Shown piece after piece: positions 55,326 through 63,991 of a stretch of DNA of 64,000 nucleotides; positions within the stretch are counted from its first letter, which is position 1; each line of letters opens with the position of its first letter. Source of the stretch: a virus (Duplodnaviria; Caudoviricetes); IMG/VR virus record IMGVR_UViG_3300029288_000067, positions 64,001 through 128,000 of that record; one strand, given 5' to 3'. The notes beneath the pieces were generated by a model. That model did not search any database. It was given only the letters and a program-made list of their open reading frames with translations, and was not told the origin of the DNA. Position numbers and translations under genes: made by a program.

Positions 55326-55667
55326 TTACCACTCTTTTTGATCAAAATCAACACTTTCCCAATATTTTTCAGCTTTTTGCATTGCTCGAACAATATTTCT
55401 TGCCCCTGTTGGATTTTGAGAATGAACCGACCACTCCAATTTTTGAATTCTTTTTTCGAATGCTGCTTTTTCAATCCAACAAGCGACATCGTAACCGGAA
55501 AGCCCCTCTCCAAGATCATGATCAAAATCAAGATAGACAACATCTCCTGTTTCCAGAAGGGAGATTGCCTCCTCGTAGTTCTTGCAGATATGGGTAAACC
55601 CTATTGCGGTGTATGTGGGGTGGGTTGGAATAGACCTCACATCATCCAGCCAAATCCGTATTTTCAT
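55326..55667 (-). CDS. cyclic-phosphate-processing receiver domain protein
   Basis: IWLDDVR, LDFDHDLG..SGYDVA.WI, VHSQNP.G. Confidence 0.8.
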   Translation of the reverse strand: MKIRIWLDDVRSIPTHPTYTAIGFTHICKNYEEAISLLETGDVVYLDFDHDLGEGLSGYDVACWIEKAAFEKRIQKLEWSVHSQNPTGARNIVRAMQKAEKYWESVDFDQKEW

Positions 55668-55685
55668 ATTTTCTCCCGGGGAATA

Positions 55686-55910
55686 TTACCAATACCGCAG
55701 GGTAAACCCCTCTTCTTTGTTGAAGGACAAAACCCGAGATTCTTCATGCACTTCAGCGCACACCCTTGAGGTTTCTTCTTGTACGGGGACAAAATTCTGC
55801 CCTTCCCAAATCTTGTAGGGGATCTTCAACTCTTCCAACTTTTGGACAGTCATCTTTGTCTCCATGTATGTTCTGCTCCCTTGATAAATTACCAACATAT
55901 TTCCCTCCAA
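55686..55910 (-). CDS. hypothetical protein
   Basis: GGAGG SD after the promoter at 55928. Confidence 0.55.
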   Translation of the reverse strand: MEGNMLVIYQGSRTYMETKMTVQKLEELKIPYKIWEGQNFVPVQEETSRVCAEVHEESRVLSFNKEEGFTLRYW

Positions 55911-55927
55911 AGAATTCTTATATCGAG

Positions 55928-55956
55928 ATATTACCCGGACCCCTCGGAAACTTCAA
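55928..55956 (-). promoter_or_regulatory. repeated early promoter TTGAAG-N17-TAATAT
   Basis: The -35 TGA is the stop of the helicase gene. Confidence 0.85.
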
Positions 55957-57680
55957 ATTTTCCAATCTGAATGAGCCTCAAAAACTTTCTCAGCAATCTC
56001 AGGATCATAAAATTCATTATTTGGACTACAATACTTTACCCAAAAAAAATAATCTTTTCTTTCTTCCGGGTCTTCTGAAGAGCATATGGGCTTCTTTTTT
56101 CGTGCAATCAATCGCTCTGTCATTATTTCCTTTGTAGTTTCTTCATGAGCTTCCCGAAGAACCCAGCCCTCCATATCCCCATGGGTGATAGCCCCTTTTT
56201 TGGCAAGAATGGCTTGAATAATGTCTTCTTTTGAAAAATTATCCTGTAAATTGTTTTCAACAACCTCCAACAACTCTTTGTGCGCCTTCCGGGGCGCATT
56301 GTTTCGAGTGTACAAGGGGGCAGTCAAAGGGATGTCTTTAAATTTGGTGGGGTCTGTTCCATCACTCCCCATTTCGTACAAATCTGCTAGACCTTTTGCA
56401 CAGCGAAGGATACTTTCTTTTTGATAGAGGTAATCAACACAGGCCACCCATTCTTTTCCTGGGAAAGGTCTACAAATACGTCCGGATCTCTGCCCAATTC
56501 TTGTACCACTCCGGGTTTTTGACATCAAATGGCAATACTTCAACCGGGGGATATTAATTGATTCACTTCCAACATCAACCGTAACAAAACCAATATACTT
56601 CCCGGCATTCAATTTATCAATCAAGATCTTCCTGCTTGCAATTGTGCCCGATTTGGAAGTCATAACCACCATGCCTTCCCACCCGAGTTGTTTGTTTATC
56701 TCTCTACAGATATCTTCGGCAACTTCACAATTATATGCAAAAACCACATGACTTGCAGTAGGATCTTTCTTCTGAACATCCATGAACAATCCCGCCAACC
56801 TCACATAATGTCGCATCAAAGCTTCTATAACTAGGGGATCTTTTGAGTCAATTCGTATATCTTTTCCATTAAGATTTACTTTCAAACCCTCTTCCAGTTT
56901 TCCAACAATAAGGACAGATCCCCTTAATTCCGGAATATACCCCAAGCGAATCAATTCCTGCATAGAGATCCGGAAATCCACTTTCTCAACACCAAACGGA
57001 TTCTGCTCATCCATACGGAAATGGGTGCCCGTCATCATCATCAATTTTACCCCGTAGGATTTAACACAGCCTTTGATAATCCCCGGCAACTTTCCAATAT
57101 ACACAGTTTGTTTCTTGTTTTCATCTTCTTCCGGAAATCGGTGAACCTCATCGACAACAATAATTGAGGTGTTTTCCATCATTGTGTGAAAATCTTGTGT
57201 ATTATTCCGAAATTCCCGGACAACCTCGAAATGAGTCTTGATATGGATTTTCTTGGAGTAATCAAAAACACCCCCAACGTCATACTCACAATCAAAGCCC
57301 CAAGTGTTGTGCAAAACTTTCCGGGCATCGTTTTCGAAATGATCGAAAGCAGTTTTGTTGGGAGAAATAAACAAAACATGCTTGTTTGGATTGTGGTGGA
57401 GAAAATATGCAATAACCATGAAGCCAATAATTGTTTTCCCAGCACTACAAAAGGCTTCGATAGCCGCAACACCCTTTTTCTTCAAGAGTTCCAAAGTATT
57501 CTTCAAAATATCTGCTTGATATGGGCGCAATTCAATTTTTTTATTGCCTTCCTCGGGGGGATATTTCTGGGAAGCAATCTTTACAAAATCCCGGATGAGG
57601 TTTGTGAAGGTTCTTTCCTCCGCAACAACCTTTGTATCAAGAGGGTGTTCTTCCATTTGCTCAATTTGTTCTTGTGTCAT
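55953..57680 (-). CDS. SF2 DExH helicase-like protein
   Basis: LRPYQ, SAGKT, VVDEVHR, MTGT, QRSGRICR. Confidence 0.8.
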   Translation of the reverse strand: MTQEQIEQMEEHPLDTKVVAEERTFTNLIRDFVKIASQKYPPEEGNKKIELRPYQADILKNTLELLKKKGVAAIEAFCSAGKTIIGFMVIAYFLHHNPNKHVLFISPNKTAFDHFENDARKVLHNTWGFDCEYDVGGVFDYSKKIHIKTHFEVVREFRNNTQDFHTMMENTSIIVVDEVHRFPEEDENKKQTVYIGKLPGIIKGCVKSYGVKLMMMTGTHFRMDEQNPFGVEKVDFRISMQELIRLGYIPELRGSVLIVGKLEEGLKVNLNGKDIRIDSKDPLVIEALMRHYVRLAGLFMDVQKKDPTASHVVFAYNCEVAEDICREINKQLGWEGMVVMTSKSGTIASRKILIDKLNAGKYIGFVTVDVGSESINIPRLKYCHLMSKTRSGTRIGQRSGRICRPFPGKEWVACVDYLYQKESILRCAKGLADLYEMGSDGTDPTKFKDIPLTAPLYTRNNAPRKAHKELLEVVENNLQDNFSKEDIIQAILAKKGAITHGDMEGWVLREAHEETTKEIMTERLIARKKKPICSSEDPEERKDYFFWVKYCSPNNEFYDPEIAEKVFEAHSDWKI

Positions 57681-57704
57681 TTTCTATATGCCTTTTATTG
57701 TATT

Positions 57705-58088
57705 TCAAGGAAATTCAACAGATTCCCCGGACCATTTTTCCAGCTTCTTGTGCAGGCTGTTCATAACCCGGATGAATCCTCGATGCTTGTTTTCAGTATA
57801 TCCTTCGATCTCAAATCGAGCTTGTTCTTCTGATCTCTCTAGGATTGTTCCCCCGGAGAATGAGTCAAGGACGAGATACTTCTCTTCTACAGACAAATCT
57901 TTGGACTCGGGAAGCTCCCCGGATTCAACCATCTTTTCCAATTTTTTACAAGCATCGTACGTTTGTTCTTCGGTAAGATTCCCGAAAGGAAGATCTGGCT
58001 CTGCATCCATGAACAATGCTTGGTAAAGGCAGTCTGGCAATTCCAACCGGTCGAGAAGAATTTCCTGCTCCCGTTTTGTGAGTTTCAC
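57705..58088 (-). CDS. hypothetical protein
   Basis: GTGA overlap with the upstream gene. Confidence 0.65.
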   Translation of the reverse strand: MKLTKREQEILLDRLELPDCLYQALFMDAEPDLPFGNLTEEQTYDACKKLEKMVESGELPESKDLSVEEKYLVLDSFSGGTILERSEEQARFEIEGYTENKHRGFIRVMNSLHKKLEKWSGESVEFP

Positions 58089-58387
58089 AGGTGAGTATCC
58101 AATCCGGTGTTTTTCGTGAAGGACACTTGCAACATATCCCAGTAGATGTCATTTTCTTCCACAGCAACTGTTACTTTCACCCCACGGATTTTCAAATACT
58201 GCACATCGTACAGATCTTTCCCGTTGAGGGTGATTCTCACTCCCGAGATATTCTTTGCATTCCGACCCACCCGAAAGGAGAGGGTATTGTCCGAGTAAGC
58301 AAAGTTTTTGGAACCGGTCATTGCAATGAACTTGTTCCCGCCCAACTGTGCGAGGATTGTATTTGCCATTTCTTTACCGGTAGTCAT
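58085..58387 (-). CDS. hypothetical phage early protein
   Basis: ANTILAQLGGNKFIAMTG...DLY...TGL.T.L; follows the promoter at 58422. Confidence 0.75.
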   Translation of the reverse strand: MTTGKEMANTILAQLGGNKFIAMTGSKNFAYSDNTLSFRVGRNAKNISGVRITLNGKDLYDVQYLKIRGVKVTVAVEENDIYWDMLQVSFTKNTGLDTHL

Positions 58388-58421
58388 TTGTTTTCCCCTT
58401 GGGTTTTGTTCTTACGAAGAT

Positions 58422-58450
58422 ATATTACCGCGAGGAGGACAAAACTTCAA
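58422..58450 (-). promoter_or_regulatory. repeated early promoter TTGAAG-N17-TAATAT
   Basis: The -35 TGA is the stop of 58447..59277. Confidence 0.85.
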
Positions 58451-59277
58451 ATCAGTGAGGAGATTTCTTTTACCCGCCCATCACTCTTCAAAAAGTCATG
58501 AATATCTTTTTCTGACTTCCATCCATCAATATTTGTGTTTCGCCCGGTATTTATCCAGAAAAACCATTTACCCTTACCATCCTTACGGGGAAAGCAACAC
58601 ATAGCATTTTCAAAGGACCTATTTTCTTTGTTGGATGAAATGTGCTTGTTGATCAATTCCAGATATTCGTGCCCCTTTGTATCGTACATGAGGGCTTCTT
58701 CTGCACTCTTTGGGTCTTCCTCAAAAATCTCCGTTCGAATATAAAACTCGTATTCCTGAGAAACTACCCGGGAAGTATCAAATGGATTCCGGCGAAAAAA
58801 GTCTGATAAGGAATTTCCCCCGAAAGGTCCATCTCTCTGGGACAACACCTCTTCCAACTCTTCCTTGGACACCTTTGCAATTTCCGAGGCTTTGTCACAG
58901 AGAGATTGTAACGGATTCATAGGATCGAATGCAAGAACAAGATCCGTAATAATTCCGGCAAGAATATCTGTTACCTGTTCTTCATTCTCTTTTAGCATCT
59001 TTCCCCAAAACCCATCGAAATAACAACATTGCCCGGATAATACCAGACTTCCTACACCGGGAATATTACAACCACCCTCACACTTGTAGATACCAACCTC
59101 CTGAGTGTGGAAAGATCCTGTGAGAACTTTTGTTCCAACCTGCGAAACTAGCCTCTGAAATACGCGACCAAACATAATTAGACCATAAGGCAGCTTATCA
59201 AACATATACTGCCCAGAAGACCGAAGATACTTTTCCTTTTCCAACAACCGCTTGCTCTCATTAACAATCTTTTCCAT
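58447..59277 (-). CDS. hypothetical protein
   Basis: ACAGGAG SD after the promoter at 59321. Confidence 0.7.
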   Translation of the reverse strand: MEKIVNESKRLLEKEKYLRSSGQYMFDKLPYGLIMFGRVFQRLVSQVGTKVLTGSFHTQEVGIYKCEGGCNIPGVGSLVLSGQCCYFDGFWGKMLKENEEQVTDILAGIITDLVLAFDPMNPLQSLCDKASEIAKVSKEELEEVLSQRDGPFGGNSLSDFFRRNPFDTSRVVSQEYEFYIRTEIFEEDPKSAEEALMYDTKGHEYLELINKHISSNKENRSFENAMCCFPRKDGKGKWFFWINTGRNTNIDGWKSEKDIHDFLKSDGRVKEISSLI

Positions 59278-59320
59278 ATATATGTCTCCTGTATTTTATT
59301 TCTGGATAAACAACATCAAG

Positions 59321-59349
59321 ATATTACCACGAGGGCAACAAAACTTCAA
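59321..59349 (-). promoter_or_regulatory. repeated early promoter TTGAAG-N17-TAATAT
   Basis: Motif match. Confidence 0.85.
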
Positions 59350-59350
59350 A

Positions 59351-59581
59351 CTAATCGATGTCCGGTGTTTGCAATTTGTTGATGTATTTATCGAAAATAT
59401 TTTTCCCGAGTAAATCAGTCATGGCAGCTTCAAAAATGTAATGACAGAAATCATTATCATCGTGATACTTGTCGGACTGAGTATAATCAATATACTCCTG
59501 CACAACTTTTTTCAATTGTGTAAAATCCGGGTTTTCAAGCATTTTGGGGACAGTCAATTTCTTATTGGGGTTTTGTGACAT
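59351..59581 (-). CDS. hypothetical phage protein
   Basis: AAGGA SD; HYIFEAAM...G. Confidence 0.65.
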   Translation of the reverse strand: MSQNPNKKLTVPKMLENPDFTQLKKVVQEYIDYTQSDKYHDDNDFCHYIFEAAMTDLLGKNIFDKYINKLQTPDID

Positions 59582-59583
59582 AT

Positions 59584-61347
59584 TTATTCCTTTCTCCAAA
59601 CAAAAACATGGTTTCCACAATCTAACACTTTTCGATATCCGTTTGCAAACATATTTTCAGATTCTGAAAGCAGAGGATCAAATTTTTCCAACAAATCATG
59701 GAGTTTGTGTTTTTGGAATTTCATGCGGTTTTCAAAAATGGATCCTTCTTTTGTATACCAATAGTTGGGGGGAGATCGATGCAAATGCTTAAACCCTAAA
59801 GTATGATAAATAGTTTTTTCAGGGGTCCACGAGGAAAATCTCAAATCAGCATATGAAATAATAGAAGACGGATTGAAGGTTTTGAGAAAATATGAGAACA
59901 ATTTTTGCGCGGCCCCATTCACCACGGCATCTTTTAAAGAACAGAAGCGAAGTAGCTCATACTGATACTCTTTATTAAATCGTGGGCTTCCAAAAGTCAT
60001 CAGAGATACTATATCCGCCTGTTCATTTATCAATGCAATGCTAATCGTGGAAGGGGTGTGTCCTTGCCTATGATTATTATTTAAGAATTCTACAATTTTA
60101 CCCGAAGGAGGTAAAGAACATACGGACATTTCCCGTGCATTCATTTTTTTGTTAAGGAGTCCAAATCTTTGTTTGATCATACTGGTAATGATGCCCTTAT
60201 TTGAAAAAACATCATTAATGAAAACAGGGACATAGTGGATGCCTTTTTCGGACATATCCCGTTTCTTGTCCAAAAGTAATAAATTACTGTAATCTGAAAT
60301 TAATTCAATATAAACTCCTTGAGGAATCACTAAGTCTTTCCCAGACTTCTCTTTGTAAAAAGATAGGAATTGTTGAGAAGTGTCCTCCTTTCTTTTCCCG
60401 TAGATATCGTGAAATTCCTTATGAAGAGATCGTAAAATAACAATCCCATTCGTGAAAGAAAATCTTTCTTCTGGATGCGTGGACCACGGAAGAATATGAT
60501 GAACGGAAAGCTCTCTCGAATTCTCCCCTGTTATCTGACATTTCCAATCATACACTCGCAGCATCATTTCTTCCCAAAGGGGTAACACAGACCCTCGACC
60601 ATATTCTGATTTTCTTCGATCTTCCTCGGAAAGAGTTGAATCATAACACCCATGAGTTTCTCCCCGAGGACGATCTTTATTTTGACACTCTTTACATTTT
60701 GGTTTTGATTTATTTGCGTGAAATCCCCCCCAATTATACTCATAATGATTTCCACATTTACAGATAAAGGGGAGCCTCTGCCGATTTGTTAGGGGGTCTG
60801 AAAACAATGGTTGCGCCCCATTTTCCACAAACCACGGGATAATTGTTTTCTCCATATAAATGGCTGTAGAATCTGATTTTCCTTCTTTTACTGCACAAGA
60901 TTGACACCGTATCAAGTAACCGGCATCTTTATTGATTCTTGTGATAAGAGTATCTAAAATTGTCCAATCATCTTTTCCACAAACACAGGTATATTGAAGC
61001 CTTACTTTTTTTCTAAATACCATAGGAGAATTATTTTTTAATTCCTCATTCAAAATAGGTTCCGAATGAGTGAAAGTTGCCCCATGCTTTGAGAATAAAT
61101 CCTTTAAGTATTCGAAATTAAATTTCGACCCTCTTCCAGAATCATTACAGGGTGTGCAAAACATTTGATAGTTGGGATCAGCTTTCAACCTTCTCCCGAT
61201 AGTGGAAAAAATTAATTCAAAAACCTCCCCACAAGAACATTTCACCAAATGCTTTTGCGCCGAACCTTTATAAGTATCAAACATGGGAAACAGACCTACT
61301 TTAAGTATGATCTGTTTTGCTTCTTCTGTGTTAATAGCTTTAGGCAT
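59584..61347 (-). CDS. free-standing homing-endonuclease-like protein (Zn ribbons + HNH + C-terminal GNAT/Mom-like domain)
   Basis: CxCG repeats; VHHILPW...TNG...HKEFH; NHRQG, ELLRFC, ISYADLR, LGF. Confidence 0.75.
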   Translation of the reverse strand: MPKAINTEEAKQIILKVGLFPMFDTYKGSAQKHLVKCSCGEVFELIFSTIGRRLKADPNYQMFCTPCNDSGRGSKFNFEYLKDLFSKHGATFTHSEPILNEELKNNSPMVFRKKVRLQYTCVCGKDDWTILDTLITRINKDAGYLIRCQSCAVKEGKSDSTAIYMEKTIIPWFVENGAQPLFSDPLTNRQRLPFICKCGNHYEYNWGGFHANKSKPKCKECQNKDRPRGETHGCYDSTLSEEDRRKSEYGRGSVLPLWEEMMLRVYDWKCQITGENSRELSVHHILPWSTHPEERFSFTNGIVILRSLHKEFHDIYGKRKEDTSQQFLSFYKEKSGKDLVIPQGVYIELISDYSNLLLLDKKRDMSEKGIHYVPVFINDVFSNKGIITSMIKQRFGLLNKKMNAREMSVCSLPPSGKIVEFLNNNHRQGHTPSTISIALINEQADIVSLMTFGSPRFNKEYQYELLRFCSLKDAVVNGAAQKLFSYFLKTFNPSSIISYADLRFSSWTPEKTIYHTLGFKHLHRSPPNYWYTKEGSIFENRMKFQKHKLHDLLEKFDPLLSESENMFANGYRKVLDCGNHVFVWRKE

Positions 61348-61369
61348 TTTTATATTCTCCTTTATGAAC

Positions 61370-61398
61370 AGTATATCCAAAGGTTTGAAAAAATGCAA
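61370..61398 (-). promoter_or_regulatory. sigma70-type promoter TTGCAT-N17-TATACT for the endonuclease gene
   Basis: 17-nt spacer; AAGGAG SD downstream. Confidence 0.7.
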
Positions 61399-61400
61399 GA

Positions 61401-61432
61401 AAAAGCCCCCGAGATTTCTCCCGGGGGCTTTT
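61401..61432 (-). terminator. terminator after the major capsid gene
   Basis: AAAAGCCCCCG...CGGGGGCTTTT. Confidence 0.8.
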
Positions 61433-61444
61433 AAGCTACGTTAC

Positions 61445-62308
61445 TTAGCTTACAACGACCTGTTGAATACCATAGCTGTTGTGAACAGTCATCCCAATAT
61501 TTTCGAAAATTGACCATCCAAACATTCGGTCTCCCGGTACATCAGCGGGAATGACAGTGAGATCAATTCGAACAGGCATTACACCAAGATATTCGGGTTC
61601 AGCAACAAAGAACAAGGTTCCGCGAGGAACTTGCATAGACATGTAGATGCCAGCCCCGTAAACTTGTCCCATGAAACCGGTGCGGAGCAATTCTCGTTGA
61701 GTTTCGAAATCAACATAATCACGTCCAGCATTGCGGAATACTTTGAATTCTTGAGGATTCATGAACACTTTGTCAACACGGAGGCCCCATTTTTCGATAC
61801 CCGCGAAGGCATCAACAATGGTGGACATGTTGAAATCAGCAGCGGCAACCGCGATGGAAGGATTGTCAATGTTGGAGGTACCAGCGACTTTCAACATTTC
61901 GAAGATGATGGTATCTTCTTTGCGGAAGAGTTCATCCTTCGCTTTCTGCTTGATTCTGCGGATAACATCAAATCTGCGTTCTTTTACGTGTGCGAACGGG
62001 ATTTTTGGGTAAGCTGCCAATTCGAACAAAGGAACCATAATTCTTGGTCCTTCGGTTGGCAATGCTTGAATCGTGTCACCTTCGTCTCCTACCACATAGG
62101 CAGGAGTAGCAACGTCACGATCATAAATAGGAAGTGCGCCATCAGGAAGTTCATCGATCCAGAGGGCTTTGCGACCGATAGAAACATAGTCCCGGAGCTT
62201 TCGCAACGGTTCCTGAATAGAAGCAGCAATCTTCTTGCGACCTTGAGTTGAGCCAAGAAGCTTGGTCATCAACTGATTCTTTTGAGCGGCTGTAATGGTT
62301 CGTGGCAT
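61445..62308 (-). CDS. major capsid protein (HK97 fold)
   Basis: IQEPLR..RDY..IGRK, LPDGALPIYD, VPLFELAAYP.I, FMNP, G.VYGA.I, GWSIFE.IG; follows decoration and scaffold genes; strong terminator. Confidence 0.85.
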   Translation of the reverse strand: MPRTITAAQKNQLMTKLLGSTQGRKKIAASIQEPLRKLRDYVSIGRKALWIDELPDGALPIYDRDVATPAYVVGDEGDTIQALPTEGPRIMVPLFELAAYPKIPFAHVKERRFDVIRRIKQKAKDELFRKEDTIIFEMLKVAGTSNIDNPSIAVAAADFNMSTIVDAFAGIEKWGLRVDKVFMNPQEFKVFRNAGRDYVDFETQRELLRTGFMGQVYGAGIYMSMQVPRGTLFFVAEPEYLGVMPVRIDLTVIPADVPGDRMFGWSIFENIGMTVHNSYGIQQVVVS

Positions 62309-62343
62309 ATAATTTCTTTTCTCCTTGAAGTTTATAAACTTAC

Positions 62344-62859
62344 TTAGTCAAGATTAAGTCCGGTAGCAATCTTGAGCATCATTACGCCAGGAGCAATGCT
62401 CAAAGAACCAGATTCAACACCTGAGCCAGCAGCAGCAGCACCCAATGAGATACCAATAGCTTTGGCACCTACAGGAGCAACATTTGTTACCAAACCAACA
62501 TTTGCGCCGGTATCAACATACAATTTCTGTCCTGCAGTGTAGGTCTTGGTAGCATCGAATTCAGTGGTGCTAATAACACATGGGGAGAAGGTTACAGGGC
62601 TGATCTTGGAAGCAATAGCCGGTTTGTTCATCATGAAATAGCCTGCAGCATCATTCACGATAAAACCGATTGGGGCCTTTGCAGAAGCTGCAAGACCATC
62701 GGCAAGAACAACTTTACCATTAGCATCAAGAGCGGCTACACGACCAGCCTTTAAGCCTTGAACATAGGTAAGCTGAGAATCATGATCCAAATCACCATTG
62801 AAGTCAGTGGTGTCGAGATCCAAATTGATATGAATTCCCTTGTGATGAATCAAAAGCAT
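62344..62859 (-). CDS. capsid decoration/cement protein
   Basis: AG...LADG...PIG, Y.AGQKLYV...GLVT; position between scaffold and MCP. Confidence 0.65.
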   Translation of the reverse strand: MLLIHHKGIHINLDLDTTDFNGDLDHDSQLTYVQGLKAGRVAALDANGKVVLADGLAASAKAPIGFIVNDAAGYFMMNKPAIASKISPVTFSPCVISTTEFDATKTYTAGQKLYVDTGANVGLVTNVAPVGAKAIGISLGAAAAGSGVESGSLSIAPGVMMLKIATGLNLD

Positions 62860-62893
62860 TTGTTATTCTCCTAAAGAATTTTAAATTTCGAGA

Positions 62894-63991
62894 TTAGAAC
62901 ATGCTGTCAGAAATCAAATTGGAAAGAACATCTTCTTCTGTTGCCGGGGTGTTTCCGGAAGATTTCTTTGCTGTAGCCAATTTCTTATCTCTCAAAGTAG
63001 CAGTAGAAGCTTTAACAACTTCATCTTCGAGGGTTTCAGAATCACCTTCAGAAAGAATTTCCAAGTTAACGGCATCATCAATCATGCTGTCTTCCATTTC
63101 CAGATTTTCAGGATCAGAAGGAGATTTGGTATAATCGTCAACCAATTCTTCCAATGATTCTTCAGTCATTTCTGGATTTTCTTTTGGCATATCAGGATTG
63201 TCTTCCGCCACTACTTCATCATCAGCTTTTTTATCGTCTGATTTTTTTTTTGCATTCTTATTCGTAGGGGCTTTTTCATACTGGTCTTGAAGTTTGAGAA
63301 CATCTTTTGGCTCATCTGCTTTTGGATTTTCTTTTGGAAGATTTGGGTTTACTTCATCCGCAGGAGCTTTCTTTTCTTTTGCAGCAGCAGGCTTTGCAGC
63401 AACAGTTTTAGCAGTTTTAGAAGCTTCAATTTCTTCACCCATTTCAGGAGCTTCTTCTTCTGCAGGAACTTCCCCACTCAATTCTTGAACCAAAAGATCC
63501 AAATCGGTATGGATATCTTGCTGCAATTCTTCGGGGGTTTTTTCTTCCTCAGAAACTTCTTCGTCCAACATTTCATCCCCAGCATCTTCCATTGGGGTTT
63601 CTTCAACAAGCTGTCCAGATTCATCCATTTGGATATCATCGTCGGCAGCAATAGAAGCAATTGCCTGTGCCTTCAAAATGGCAATCTTGGAAAGAAGGGT
63701 ATGAGCATCTTCCACATGAGCCACAATACGAGTAGTAGGCAATTCAGTAGCAATAGCAACACGAAGATTTACAAAACTCTGCTTGGTTTGTTTTGCAATA
63801 TGATTTGCAACTGTTTCCAAGTTGGCGCAGACTTTCTTTACTTCTTCTGTAGAAAATTTGGTTGCGGGATTGTCAAAAGCCTTGTAAATCTTGTTGGCAA
63901 GACCTTCGGCTCTTTCCAAAAGAGCAGCAAACTTCTTCTGAGAAGCAGAGATTGCCTTCACCTTTTGAACCTTACTTAAAACTTTTCGCAT
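62894..63991 (-). CDS. prohead scaffold-like protein
   Basis: Highly acidic, low-complexity, directly upstream of decoration and MCP; many xxA(S) sites. Confidence 0.65.
   Translation of the reverse strand: MRKVLSKVQKVKAISASQKKFAALLERAEGLANKIYKAFDNPATKFSTEEVKKVCANLETVANHIAKQTKQSFVNLRVAIATELPTTRIVAHVEDAHTLLSKIAILKAQAIASIAADDDIQMDESGQLVEETPMEDAGDEMLDEEVSEEEKTPEELQQDIHTDLDLLVQELSGEVPAEEEAPEMGEEIEASKTAKTVAAKPAAAKEKKAPADEVNPNLPKENPKADEPKDVLKLQDQYEKAPTNKNAKKKSDDKKADDEVVAEDNPDMPKENPEMTEESLEELVDDYTKSPSDPENLEMEDSMIDDAVNLEILSEGDSETLEDEVVKASTATLRDKKLATAKKSSGNTPATEEDVLSNLISDSMF

Noticed and set aside
55683-55711. Additional promoter copy (GGTAATAT at 55683)
   Set aside because: No TTGAA -35 box at 17 nt; it coincides with a TGG TAA gene end. 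The same applies to the match near 38274.
54-59349. Repeated ATATTACC...AAAACTTCAA motif as a CRISPR array or integron attC sites
   Set aside because: Copies are hundreds to thousands of bases apart, the 17-nt core varies, there is no palindrome and no cas or integrase gene is present. The geometry fits a sigma70 promoter.
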